A stretch of DNA of 64,000 nucleotides, from NCBI GenBank assembly GCA_965153285.1, contig OZ229112.1, one strand, 5' to 3'. Positions 52,141 through 64,000 of this stretch are shown here, piece by piece (the stretch's first letter is position 1; the number at the start of each line of letters is the position of its first letter). The DNA is from Podarcis tiliguerta. Taxonomy: Eukaryota. Below the pieces are notes generated by a model. The model made no database searches. It was not told where the DNA came from and saw only the letters and a program-made list of their open reading frames with translations. The translations under genes and the position numbers were made by a program.

Positions 52141-52669
52141 CTTGTAGGTACTCTATTTTCCTTGAAAAACAGACCATGGAAATTGGCACCAAGATGGTCA
52201 AACTGAAACACAGTTTTGCTACAGGGTAGATAAACATCTTACTAGTACTTTATCATGTCACTGCAGTTCTGGAAAACTACAACATAATGAAGTAAGAAAG
52301 CATGCTTTGAGGCTTAATCCACTTAAAATTAATGAGATAAAATAGAAGCTCCCCATTAATATTTCAGTGCCACAGCCCACCCTTTCTAGTTTACTGCATA
52401 AATAGCTGCATGATCATCACAAACCCACTAGGGGACAGCGGATAAATTCAATTCAATTTGCAATAAAAGTGAGTCTACTCGTATCACACCTTCTGAAACA
52501 ATATCTGAACAAAAAAACACAGCCATCCTTAGAAATTCTCAGTTGTCTGAATGTTTCAGTGCAACAACGTATATGCATATAGTAGTAAAAAATAACATAC
52601 AGAATTTTTAAGGGGAATTGTTTTGAAGAAATGTGTACACTAGGCAAAATTACGTGCACCTAGCATCTG

Positions 52670-52886
52670 TATGAAACTGCTGAGTGGAGTCATCTGGAGT
52701 TTTGAAGTGTGTTGTCAGCAGCATGCTGATGACACACAGCTCTATTCCTCCTTTACATCTTTACATCTGCAGGTGAGGCAGTGAATGTGCTGGACAGGTG
52801 TCTTGCCTCGGTAATGGTCTGATTAAGAGCCAATAAACTGAAGCTCAATCCAGATAAGACAGACAAACTGTTAGGGGGTGGTTCCT
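52670..52886 (+). mobile_element. L2 reverse-transcriptase fragment (degenerate)
   Basis: Translation VIWSFEVCCQQHADDTQLY ... AVNVLDRCLASV..*LRANKLKLNPDKT contains the YADD-derived motif and the L2 'NKLKLNPDKTE' signature, with a stop and a frameshift. Confidence 0.85.
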
Positions 52887-55800
52887 GAGAATAGATGATT
52901 TTTAAAAAGTTATAAATGGTCACAATAATATCAGGTGAGTTGGGAAAACCAGATACACCTTCTGCACTTCAGAGGGGTCTCACATGTTGAAAGACCAGCC
53001 AGTTAGGTTGGCAACCATATGTGATCTCCTTCTTGCAGTCTGAATCAGTATAGTCCAAATATAGGTTCTCTAGCAACTTAGTGAGAAGCACAAGGCCTTC
53101 TCCATGAAGGGGAGTTTCAAAAGCAGTTTCTGAAGTAGCCAGAGAAAAATCAGTTGTTCAAATGAAATAACATTAACAATTCTGCCTTAAGAAAGAATAC
53201 CTTAAGAGTGCCCAAGCAGCTCTGGTGTTTATGCGCATATTTCCATTTTTAGCTTTATAGAACAACAAGAACATGTGGATGACACATCTCAAAGGATAAC
53301 AGTGTTTATGTGTTTTTCGGAGAAACAAACACAATGTCTTCATAATTATTTTATGGACAGATGCAACAAATGCTATTGACAAATATTGCAATTCAGAGAC
53401 AGCTATAACAGTATGTACTCATACTTAAATCTGCTTAGTTTGCAATGCATATTCTCAGCAGAGTTCTTTACCTACCATTAAACAGCTGTTTCCTTTGGTG
53501 TCTGAAAATTGCTTTTTGTTTGCTTCGAAATTTATAATACCTCCAAAGTTGGACAGCATAAAGCTGTCCCACTAGATAATGTACAGAATTATGAGTTGCT
53601 CATCAGAAAATTGAATATGCAAACTGGTGATGTAAATCTGCATATTCTTTTTTGCTTGTGCTGTTAGCTTGCAACTAATTCTGCCATGCAACAACAACAA
53701 CAAACCCCAAATATGAACAACATAATGCTATATGCAGCACTCTGAGCACCCCAATATTGAATGAAGCCACAATAAAATCAATTCTGCTTTGCTTTTGTGC
53801 ATTCATTACAGTGTATATCACATGTGTAGAAGGCTTTTAATGGTTGCTGGTAGGTCAGGATCTACGAGTGGGTTGTGGCCTGATCCAAGGCCTGATCACA
53901 ACTGGAGCACTACTACCATGCAAATATAAGGTAAAAGATTAAGAATGTACTGAATGAAATTGTGAGTGACGGAGTAGGTTAGGTTGGGAAGGTTTGTATA
54001 GCCATCTGGACAATGCAAAGAACTAGGTAAGGAGTATGGTTTGAAGAAATTTGGAGAAGGGGGATCAAATGCATGTTAACTATAGGTTATTCTGGTTTGG
54101 AATAATGGGTTAGATTAGCTTGGGTGGGGGTGGGGAACCACAATTTCAGGTCCCTCTATCTTGGTCTCACAACTCTCCCCAGACTATACCTCCTTTCCCT
54201 GATTTTCTGTGGTAGTAGACAGAAATTATAGATGCTGTAATCCATGGTGCCCCCATCAATATACATTGCTGTGTCTTTCCACCTCTCCACCAAATCATTT
54301 CCACAAAGTATACCAATTAAGATGCCAAGAAGGAACATAAAGATCATGTGTTCCTCCAAATTCAACATCACAATCAGTTTCCTTTATCCTAATTATATTT
54401 TTCCAACCCTAAATGAGTGAAGTTTTATCATCTATAGACCTCGATATGTGAACCTATACTGGGTTTTGCTCTATATTCTGTTCCTGCAACTGTGTTAGAA
54501 GGAATTGGAGTTTGCTATTCATATGGACTCTGCTTTTACATGAGCTGTTGTGCAGTATATGGGGATGAATATTTTTCTGGTTTGTTGTGGGATTATAGAT
54601 TTAATTTGCAAAGACTGTGCTGCTCAGTTGGCAAGAGGGAAGCCCACTGTGTATGTGAGAGTCGGCATGTCTCTTTTCTGAGGAGCTCCATGTGGGGCTT
54701 CCTGTTGCCTGCAGCCTACTGGCAGAGTTTGTGATTTGCAGCAGGCAGGTAAGCAAAGGCAGCATCTACAGGTAGCCAGCCTAGAGGCATTCGCTCAAGG
54801 TAGAACTCCTAAGACATCAAAGACTTCTTTATGCCTGGGAAAGAAAAGCAGCAAGAAATAAGTACTGGGATTTTATGAAGGACAACAAAGAAGTGTAAAA
54901 TTCCAACTTTAGAAACAGCACTTAAAGCTAGGGATAGAGGAGTACATGTAACTCATTGATGATTTGTTTTTTCTTTCATTGGAGAATCTGTTAGTTTTCT
55001 GTTCTTTTTACATGTAACATTTTTTTCTTAAAACTTCATATATTTTACTTACTAAACTTTAGATCTTGATTCATAAACTCCCACACCTAGAAGCCATAAA
55101 CTCCACTACCATGAGCAACTTAAGGGAGTCTCTGGCTAAGTGTTTAGGCTGATGGATAAAGACATGTATAAAAATTCCCTCCCTGTATATGGGGGCAGCA
55201 AGTTTTTTAAGGGTTGAAGGGGTGAGAAGAAGGGTAAACTCTATGTTAGCTGAGAATCTCCGATGGCCAGGACACAGGGTGGCCGAGAGGTGACCATCCA
55301 GCATCCTTATGCTTTAAGCTCATTCTTATATCATCCATATAAATGAGAATTAGATTTCCTCAGTTGTAAGCCCAATAAATCCCAACAGCATGTAGAAAAA
55401 TGTAAAATGGGACTCTAAAAGTCATCAGGCTACTTCAAAAGAGCAATTTAGAAAGTTTTGGAGTGAGAGATAAAACTAGTGCCGTCAAAGAGGCCACATA
55501 CTGAATTTTAAAATTTGCCAAATGAATCATGGAGAAATGTTGTTTCCAAATGACCACTTGATATTAGAAAAGAGCTTCATTATAGAAAAGAAAAGTGACC
55601 TCACAAGTGATCTGATTCATTGAATAAACCTATTTACCTTATGTTCAAGTTAATAAAATGGCAGAATCTTTTTCTCTGTGCCTCTTAAATGAAAAGACCT
55701 ATTGAAATGAGGCCATTTGATGTAACAAATCATTCAGTCCATAGGTTTCTCCAACAGACTGGTTTTTAAATACAAGAAAGGAAAGAAGGAATTGAAATGG

Positions 55801-56523
55801 AGACAGAAAGGCCTGAAACAAAATACTGGCAATTACACTGATTTCATTCAGATTGACAGCTCCTATATCATCCAGAACATTAGAGTACAGAGCTAGTTAA
55901 GCCCAGGAAGTAACGACTGACTTCTGAGATATATCATTTAACAAATCATTAAGCGGGAAAAGAACAAAATCATTCGGCATGAAAAAGCTCAAAAATTAAC
56001 TAATGCAACTTGAAGATAGATGTTAGCCATGAAGCAAAAATAGGGAGACATTAAATGTATTCACTAATTGTGATTTGCTAAATGAAAAGAAATGCAATCA
56101 TTACTTCATGTAGCCTCAAAAGCTAAAAACCAACGTAATATTTCTATGACTGCCATGAGGTTGCCTGCTATCCATTAGTTTGAAAGGGTGGCCCATTATC
56201 ATGCTCTGAATAAAATTACAATTTTTCCTTCCTTCCTTCTTTCCTTCCTTCCATTGGTGCTATACCTACACAACTAATTTGCAATTACCAAAGATTGATT
56301 TTTTTAAAAAAATAGATCTGGATACCTCAACCGTAACAAGTTACCGTATTTTTCGCCCTATAAGACGCACTTTTTCTCCTCCAAAAATGAAGGGGAAATG
56401 TGTGTGCGTCTTATGGGGCGAATGCAGGCTCATTGGCTTCAGCGATAGCAACGCGAAGCCTCCGAAGCCTGCGCTCCGGAGGCTTTGCGTTGCTTCCGCT
56501 GAAGCCAGGAGAGTCTGCTCTTT

Positions 56524-57464
56524 GAGGCTGGCGGGGGGAAAGCAGCGCTTCCCCCATGGCCAGCCCCAAAGGATGGGGGGCAGCAGGAAGGCGCGCGACG
56601 CCTTCCCGCTACTCTCCAACCCGGGTTGGAGGCTGGCGGGGGGGAAAGCAGCGCTTCCCCCATTGCCAGCCCCAGAGGATGGGGGGCAGCAGGAAGGCGC
56701 GCGACGCCTTCCTGCTACTCTCCATCCTGGCATTGAGGCTGGCGGGGGGGGAAAGCAGCGCTTCCCCCTCGCCAGCCCCAGAGGATGGGGGGCAGCAGGA
56801 AGGCGCGCGACGCATTCCTGCTACTCTCCATCCCGGCATTGAGGCTGGCGGGGGGAAAGCAGCCCTTCCCCCTTGCCAGCCCCAGAGGATGGGGGGCAGC
56901 AGGAAGGCGCGCGACGCCTTCCTGCTACTCTCCATCCCGGCATTGAGGCTGGCGGGGGGAAAAGCAGCGCTTCCCCCTCGCCAGCCCCAAAGGATGGGGG
57001 GCAGCAGGAAGGCGCGCGACGCCTTCCTGCTACTCTCCATCCCGGCATTGAGGCTGGCGGGGGAAAAGCAGCGCTTCCCCCCTCACCAGCCCCAGAGGAT
57101 GGGGGGCAGCAGGAAGGCGCGCGACGCCTTCCTGCTACTCTCCATTCCGGCATTGAGGCTGGCGGGGGGAAAAGCAGCGCTTCCCCCCTCACCAGCCCCA
57201 GAGGATGGGGGGCAGCAGGAAGGCGCGCGACGCCTTCCTGCTACTCTCCATCCCGGCATTGAGGCTGGCGGGGGGGAAAGCAGCGCTTCCCCCCTCGCCA
57301 GCCCCAAAGGATGGGGGGCAGCAGGAAGGCGCGCGACGCCTTCCTGCTACTCTCCATCCCGGCATTGAGGCTGGCGGGGGGGGGAAGCAGAGCTTCCCCC
57401 ATAGCCAGCCCCAGAGGATGGGGGGCAGCGGGAAGGCGTGCGACGTCATCCCACTACTCTCCAA
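56524..57464. repeat. Minisatellite: 9 copies of a 104-106-bp GC-rich unit
   Basis: Units start (gaggctggcg) at 56524, 56629, 56735, 56841, 56945, 57050, 57155, 57261 and 57367. Confidence 0.95.
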
Positions 57465-57950
57465 CCCTCCTGTGGGCTTTTGCGGGAGATGGGGGAATTC
57501 CCCCACCTCCTGCAAAAGCAAGCAAAAGCCGCACGCTCTTTACAGGGGCTCTGCGGCTTCTGCTGCCTTTTCTAGGAGGTGGGGGAATTCCCCCACCTCG
57601 TAGAAAAGGCAGCAGGAGCTGTTAACCCTTTGAAGAGCGCGCTGCTCTTGGGGGCTTTTCCCCGAGGAGGGAGAAGGGACTGGCTGGCTGAGTCCGTCCC
57701 TTCTCCCTCCTGTGGGCTTTTGCGGGAGATGGGGGAATTCCCCCACCTCCCGCAAAAGGAGGCAAAAGCCGCACTCTCTTTAAAGGGGCTCCCTGGCTTC
57801 TGCTGCCTTTTCTAGGAGGTGGGGGAATTCCCCCACCTCGTAGAAAAGGCAGCAGGAGCCACGAACCCTTTGAAGAGCGCGCTGCTCTTGGGGGCTTTTC
57901 CCCGAGGAGGGAGAAGGGACTGACTGGCCATTTCAGTCCCTTTTCCCTCC
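57465..57950. repeat. Two tandem 240-bp units rich in palindromes
   Basis: ccctcctgtgggcttttgcgggagatggggg at 57465 and 57705; a further partial copy at ~57989-58034. Confidence 0.95.
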
Positions 57951-59167
57951 TGGTCGAAAAGCCCTTAGGAGTCGCGCACGGCTCCTATGGGCTTTTGCGG
58001 GAGGTGGGGGAATTCCCCCACCTCCCACAAAAGCAGGGAGAAGGTCTTGGAGTAGCGCACAGGCTGCGTGAAGCCTGTCCGCTGCTCCCAGAGCTGCGGG
58101 GGGGGGGGAATAGTATTTTTTTCCCTGATTTCCCCCCCTGAAAACTAGGTGCGTCCTATGGGCCGGTGCGTCCAATAGGGCGAAAAATACGGTAATCATG
58201 GGACATTAATGCAGCTCTGAGATTACAAGAAATCCATCCCCATCACATGAAGATCATAGTTGAGTAGGAAGAAATGACAATTGTGTAAATCAATCAAGTA
58301 ATTCAATCCTTTATCTGAGGCCAGAAATACAAATTATCTCCAAAAAATCCCTGCATCCCCTCTCCATCTATTCTATACAATATCTAATAATGTGAACCAC
58401 ATAACATGGCATTATCACACTATGAATTTCGCCTCCTCTACCATTCCCAGGTTAATATTGTGGTGACAGTGAAATTCATAGTGTGATGATGCCATATTAT
58501 TATGTTTTTCTAACTACACTTTACTGGACTAAAATGAGATAAGGTGATGTGGGGCTGTTATTTGCAGTAATGTGTGAGTAGACTAGGCAGCTTGTTGGCT
58601 CCTTTGACAAAATCCATAATCTGTTTAGAAACACAGAATGTGAGCCAGCCACGGCTAAATCTCTACCCTACTCTTGCCATGGACTCAGCTCAAAGAGCCA
58701 CTACTCAACCCAGATGTTCTGACTTCTTTTTGCTTAGAGCCAGCTACAATCTGACCACAAGTGAATACCTCCTTTTTTAATAAAAATAGAAACTACAAAC
58801 CTATTCTCCCTTTCAGTCCCCAGCACATCATATGTGGAATGCATAAACCAGCCATTTATAGCTCATTAAGAAAGAAAGCTCTCTGTATTCTTTAAATAGG
58901 AGCACTCCAAGATGAAGTACAAGGCTAAAGTGAGCTCTTGTCTTTGTTGCTAGGGAGTTTTCCATCACAGGGAAGAACTGCTGTTGGGGAAATTATATAG
59001 CCCAGCAATTCAAGGCTAACTGAGTGCACTTCATCCTCTGTGAGTGAGTGCTGCCTAATGCAGAACTTTAGCAGGAGGATAAGCACCATCACGTGTGATC
59101 TCCATTGTGAGCTTTAATGGAGATTAAGTACTAAATAGGCATTTAAATGCCCCCTCTTTAAGAGTGC

Positions 59168-59618
59168 TGTAGAACAGAGAGCAGCACAGAACATGAAGAG
59201 CTCAAGATCAGGCCTCAAAGACATTGCAGGAAATATTTTTGCAATTAAAAGAGTTAATTGCGTATAAAGAAATTTGGCCAAAGACAGAGGGGCCACATGG
59301 ATTTGCAGGTACAAGGTCAACCGAGCCAGTTGCTATGGTGATGGCCCAGTGCCCTGACTCTATGTGTGATTAATGTATGTCAGCTAATTCAGTTGTCAGA
59401 GTCAGTCATCCTGAATCTGTTAGTTGTCCAGTGTTACGTCTTAGATTTTTGGAGTTAATTTCGAGCAACAGAGATACTTTCTACTTGTATGTATCTGTAT
59501 ATATCTGTATCTACGTCCAGATCTGTTTTACTGAGTCTGTATCTTCTGCAACAATAAACTATTTGGACCTTATTCTGTTTCTGTGTGGTTGCTGGTACTG
59601 CAGGCAAGATCCACCACA
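59168..59618 (+). mobile_element. Candidate solo LTR (~451 bp)
   Basis: TGT...ACA ends, flanks agtgc / tgtgc (4/5), AATAAA at ~59553 followed by a GT-rich U5-like tract. Confidence 0.45.
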
Positions 59619-61716
59619 TGTGCATCATATAAGCAGATTCCCAAATAGATCTCTCTGCATTTTAGCCTGATCCAAATAAGCATTTTTGCATAAGATCCAC
59701 AAATGTTGTTCATGTCGCATTCAATATGCAAAAAATATCCAGTAATCTTCAGGTGCACATATGTGTGGCACAACACCTTTCAACCTGAACTCTTGCCTTT
59801 CTAGAAGCTGAAATTTCTACAGTGGTACAAAAGTTTATGCAAACTGGAAGGGAGAAGAGGGACAGACTAATGATAGTTGGAGTTAATGGTACTCTTATGT
59901 GAAAACAAGAACCCTTCTGAATCAGACCAAAGGCAATCACATGCCTATGGGAAGCCAAACATGGCTTGGATCCAGTAAAGGCTTCTGTAAATAGAAGCGT
60001 GTGGAGGTGGTTTTTGCCATATCCCCCCTCCCCTGCAAAGCCACTACATAAACTCCCAAGGGCTCCCCAACCCTACAGAACACAATTTCAGGATGAAGGA
60101 GAAACTAGAACAGGGAATGGCCATAAGATGCCTAATCACCCTTCCTTTTACCAAGCTTATCAGACTCTCCCCATAACATATCCCCCCTAGCATTAACTAC
60201 CACCTTAAGGGTACCCTCTCACCCACCCCGTAACACTTTCCAGGCACATAATTCAGTATCTCACCAGAGAAACAGGGAGAGGAAGAATATTTCCAAGTCC
60301 CTTCTCTCTCACTTAAGACTTTCCTTCTTATTTCAACACCCTGGTGATTTAGAACCCTGAGACTGTAAGACAAAGATTTTTTAAAAATTAAAAGAAGTTT
60401 TTTTAAAAAATAAAAGGCACTTATATGATCTGATCTACAGGAACAAATTCCAAAACAACTCCATCTTTCAGGAAAAACCCCCACATTCCATAGTCATTCT
60501 TCTCTCCTTATGGCAAAGTTTCTAGCCCTCATGGCAAAGGGGGACTGGTAAACTATCCTTGAATCCAATTTGTTGAAGAGTGGAATAAACATAAGGAACT
60601 AAATAAATGACAGTGTGCTTGAAGTATCTGGTGAAATTTCTAAAGCTGATGTGATCAAGGGAGTAGGCCTTCATTCCCCAGCCCTTGTGATGACCAACAG
60701 CAGTGAAGAAATTGTGGAAAGTAAGCCAATATATGAATATCTTCATGACTTATATGGTCCCTTGCCTCAGCTTTTTAGTGCAACATCTGAGTTATTTTGG
60801 TTTGGATTAAAAAACAAAAACCCTCCTGTTTCTGCAGCCTTCTGGCATCTCCTTGTTAGCAGTCAACAGTCAACTGAATGGTGTGGTTTCCTCAGGCAGT
60901 CCCCACTAGACTTCATTTTCTCTGCCTTTACCTTTCCACGTGAAGTACAAGAGCAGCACCAGGCCTCAGGCAGCCAGGTTTATAGAAAATGTCTCTCCCT
61001 GACACACTGGCTCCACACTGATCTAAGGAAAGGACTGCTTAATATACCCCTGTCAAAAGCTGACAAAATTTACCATGTGGAAACATGTTACCTGCAGCCC
61101 TGAGAGAGAGAGACGGGCTGCCTCAGACTAGCTTTTAATAAACCTCAGAGAATTGGAACTAAGAAAAGGTAATGGAAGCTTGCTAGGGAACAATTAAGAG
61201 AAAGAACTGAAAGGGCTTCAATCCAGAGAACAACTAAATTGCCTTCATTCAGTGATTTCTCTTACTGGGTGAAGTATAATAATGGTAGTATCATTCAACA
61301 TATAAATGCCGCCCAATTTGAGGGACGCGGTGCTCGAGGGGTCTTGCGACTGAATTAGCCCTTTTAACCAACACTGTAATGAGAGCTTAAAAGAGCACCA
61401 AAAATTGCCTTGGAGTAGTTCTGAGCACAGGTGCGCCAGCTTCCCATCTGCACTTTCCATAATTGGCAATAATAACACACCTCATAATGCATTACTGGCT
61501 TATCCCCCACACCCCTGAATAACAAATGTATCAAATGGTTCTAATGCAGGCATCAACCAGATTTCATTAGAAGAAATCATGAAGGGACTATAGGAGATCT
61601 CATTTTAGCCTGATGGGGCAGCCGAACGAGTTGGTTAAGCTCCTTCCCTCAGTTTCTCACCTTATAAGAAGATAAAAGAATTACTAACATCTCCTGCTCA
61701 CAAGCTCACGCTCTCT

Positions 61717-61761
61717 CTTCTTCTTCTTCTTCTTCTTCTTCTTCTTCTTCTTCTTCTTCTT
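61717..61761. repeat. (CTT)n microsatellite
   Basis: Directly visible. Confidence 0.95.
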
Positions 61762-63456
61762 GGCTAAACAACATAGAGCTGGCAACCCAATAAATAATTT
61801 TGATGGGCTTGTAACTGCCACAATCAATTAATCAACCAATATATATTTTAATGTACCAAGGATTTTGTGTGTGTGTTGCAGTGATGATGAAGCTTCTGAC
61901 AGTTATTAACTGAGCTGCCTTACAGTGCAATTTCCAATATGTCTCCTCGGAGGTAAGTTCCATGGAGTTTGGTGAGGCTTACACCCACCTACTTAGGTTT
62001 AAGACCACACACCCCAAAATCACTGAGGAAAGACAGAAGGGCTGAAATTGGCTGTACTGCTTTGAACCTACAAATGTACGGAAAGGTCCAAGAGACCAAC
62101 AGATTCTGTAGAAAGAGGAGTCAGATTTCATTTCATTCATGATATCATTTACAAGCCACTTTTAAGGGGACAACTCACACAAGGAAGATAGCAACAACTA
62201 AAACATTCAATATATAAAAAATAAAATATGTTTAAAATCCAACAATTAATTTTTTCATTTACTGCCTTTACATCCCACCTTTTTCTCCAAGGTGTTAAAA
62301 GTGGCATACATGGTTGATTGGAGATAAAAGCAGGCCTAGGAAGTCCAGATTGCTCTCCCCTTCCTTGTTTTAGCAAATAACACCTCTGAGCTGACTTATT
62401 TTAGGAGACAAAGTTGCATTGCTTCAGTGTGCTCCTTAATGCATTTCCTGCACAATCTTATAATGTACATGTATATTTAGATGTAAGTCTCACTGAGTTC
62501 CACAGAGCTTAGTCCCAGCTAAATGGATATAGGATATGCATTCAGCACCTTCCTATGGTCCCACCTCCGGTCCACTGCTTCTAAATCCAGAATGCTGTTA
62601 TCTTTATGTAGAAGAAAACAGCAGCATAGCAAAGAAGATACTGTATATTGTTGGGACCCTGACAGGAGGCACTTCCCCAGGATCCGTAGCAATATTTCCA
62701 ACAGAGAAGCATGCCAAAAATCTCCCCAATGTAACCATGCATGGAAGCACAAATCTGCATGACAAGAAGGAATCACCAAAATGATGTTACACCACTCTAT
62801 CAGACACACAATCTGCAAGTGCCCTGAATGATGTGAGCCATTGTGAGGTGCCCACTGTGACTTATGTACTCCAGGCATACCATGTATGGACATAACATGT
62901 AAACAATAACTCTTTCAGCAAGAAATGCAGAGGTGATGGAGGACAGACAGAATAACAGACAGACAGCTCCACTACTCACTTGGGCAATAGCATGTCATGG
63001 ATGGGCAAGCCTCCATTGTCCATGGAGCTCCACAAATTTTCATCTGGGAGGATACTGGACCATATTATTGCTCTGCTAAAAAACAGGATGCAATTTAAAG
63101 TTCTCTTCTTTCAAAACTTTACTAAGTAATATTTTACAGTTTCATGGAGTGACATCAGAAAGAGGCAACATAGACATTAAATTATGTATTATTTTTATGG
63201 TAGCTCTCTGGTCCCTGAATATAAAAGGAAATCTGAACAAGGCCATAAAACAATAATTACCTGCAAAAACTAACAAATCATAGTCATTTCAGAGGGAAAA
63301 CAGCTAATGAAATGTCAAATGGTTCCTGTTCACTAGACTCACACCCAAAGGGTTATTGCAGAATAATTTCCTGCAAAATCTATGTGCACAATGAAATATT
63401 TAGTGTAGTATCTAAGAAATGTGGAGGAAATGATACTCCCCCCCCCCCATTATAAA

Positions 63457-63715
63457 CAATAGAATCATAGGGTGAGAAAGTGTGTCGGATGTCTTCTGCT
63501 CCAACCATTCAGTGCAGGATAGAACTTCAATGTCCCTAGAAAATTGCTGTTCAGCCTTCATTTAAAGATTTCCAGCAAAGGAGATCCCATCATCTTGCAA
63601 AACAACCATTCCATTGTCAAATTTATCTCACTGAAAGCTTGCCCTAACATTTAACAAACAGCTGTTTCCCTGAAATTATCACCTGTTGGTTCTAGTTTAA
63701 TTCCAGAAACACCAT
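63457..63715 (-). mobile_element. Old CR1 3' fragment
   Basis: atagaatcatag tail plus a degenerate body colinear with 36143-36420. Confidence 0.65.
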
Positions 63716-64000
63716 AACAGAAAAGCATGTAAACAGGCAAAATAGGGTAACACATTTTAATGTGGAAAGAGTTTTCTTTTGTGATGAAAGGTATTTAAAC
63801 ATGCTGTAAAAAAAGCCAGGAGGAATTCCATAATGGCTGCCTTGTAAATGTACTTACCACACTGAAAAGTGACATGTAAGGGTGGACAAATCTGACAATA
63901 TCGATGTCAGAGGGACTAGAATGCACTTTTATTTCCCCTGGAAATCCCCCAGAGTCCTAGATTGAACCCTTCAAATTACACTTGGTGGATCCTTAAATTC

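Larger units (their letters stand above)
56344..58192. mobile_element. Non-autonomous Tc1/mariner (pogo/Tigger-like) element, 1849 bp, with internal tandem arrays
   Basis: TA|CCGTATTTTTCGCCCTATAAGACGCAC ... GTGCGTCCAATAGGGCGAAAAATACGG|TA: 27-bp TIR with 2 mismatches and TA TSD. Extra sub-terminal GTGCGTC.TATGGG copies at 56404 and 58149; no transposase motif. Confidence 0.9.

Noticed and set aside
52425-52441. CTCF-like motif ccactaggggacagcg
   Set aside because: Imperfect single match, expected by chance in 64 kb; needs ChIP data.
56524-57464. CRISPR-like array of palindromic repeats
   Set aside because: Units are repeated in full with no unique spacers, there are no cas genes, and the context is vertebrate.
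56279-57815. Long overlapping ORFs (up to 270 aa) on both strands
   Set aside because: Produced by a GC-rich tandem array. The frame shifts with G/C-run length between units and there is no transposase or other domain.
60615-61103. 162-aa plus-strand ORF
   Set aside because: Non-ATG start, no recognisable domain and no convincing splice context; compatible with chance.
62519-62893. Overlapping ORFs on both strands
   Set aside because: No homology recognised and no clear splice signals.

Overview
Repeat-rich, gene-poor vertebrate DNA. The SINE and LINE families (Sauria/Squam1, Squam2-like and Squam3-like SINEs, CR1, L2, an RTE/BovB 5' piece) point to a squamate, most likely a lacertid lizard; the taxon is an inference. 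I recognise no intact protein-coding gene, RNA gene or CRISPR array. The ORF-track hits I could explain are LINE remnants, simple repeats or by-products of a GC-rich tandem array, and the rest look like chance frames. There is only a weak, unnamed set of minus-strand exon candidates (43043-42872, 42102-42003, 19834-19782). The most striking structure is a young 1.85-kb non-autonomous Tc1/mariner (pogo/Tigger-like) element at 56344-58192. Its interior is built almost entirely of hairpins: nine ~105-bp double-hairpin units, then two 240-bp units carrying spacer-less palindromes centred on GAATTC. Other oddities are a rearranged Sauria SINE inside a 13-bp TSD, a TIR element that appears to have captured an L2 3' end, a 42-bp locally templated insertion inside an L2 relic, and solo LTRs, one with a perfect 5-bp TSD. 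Family names come from motif recognition, not database searches.
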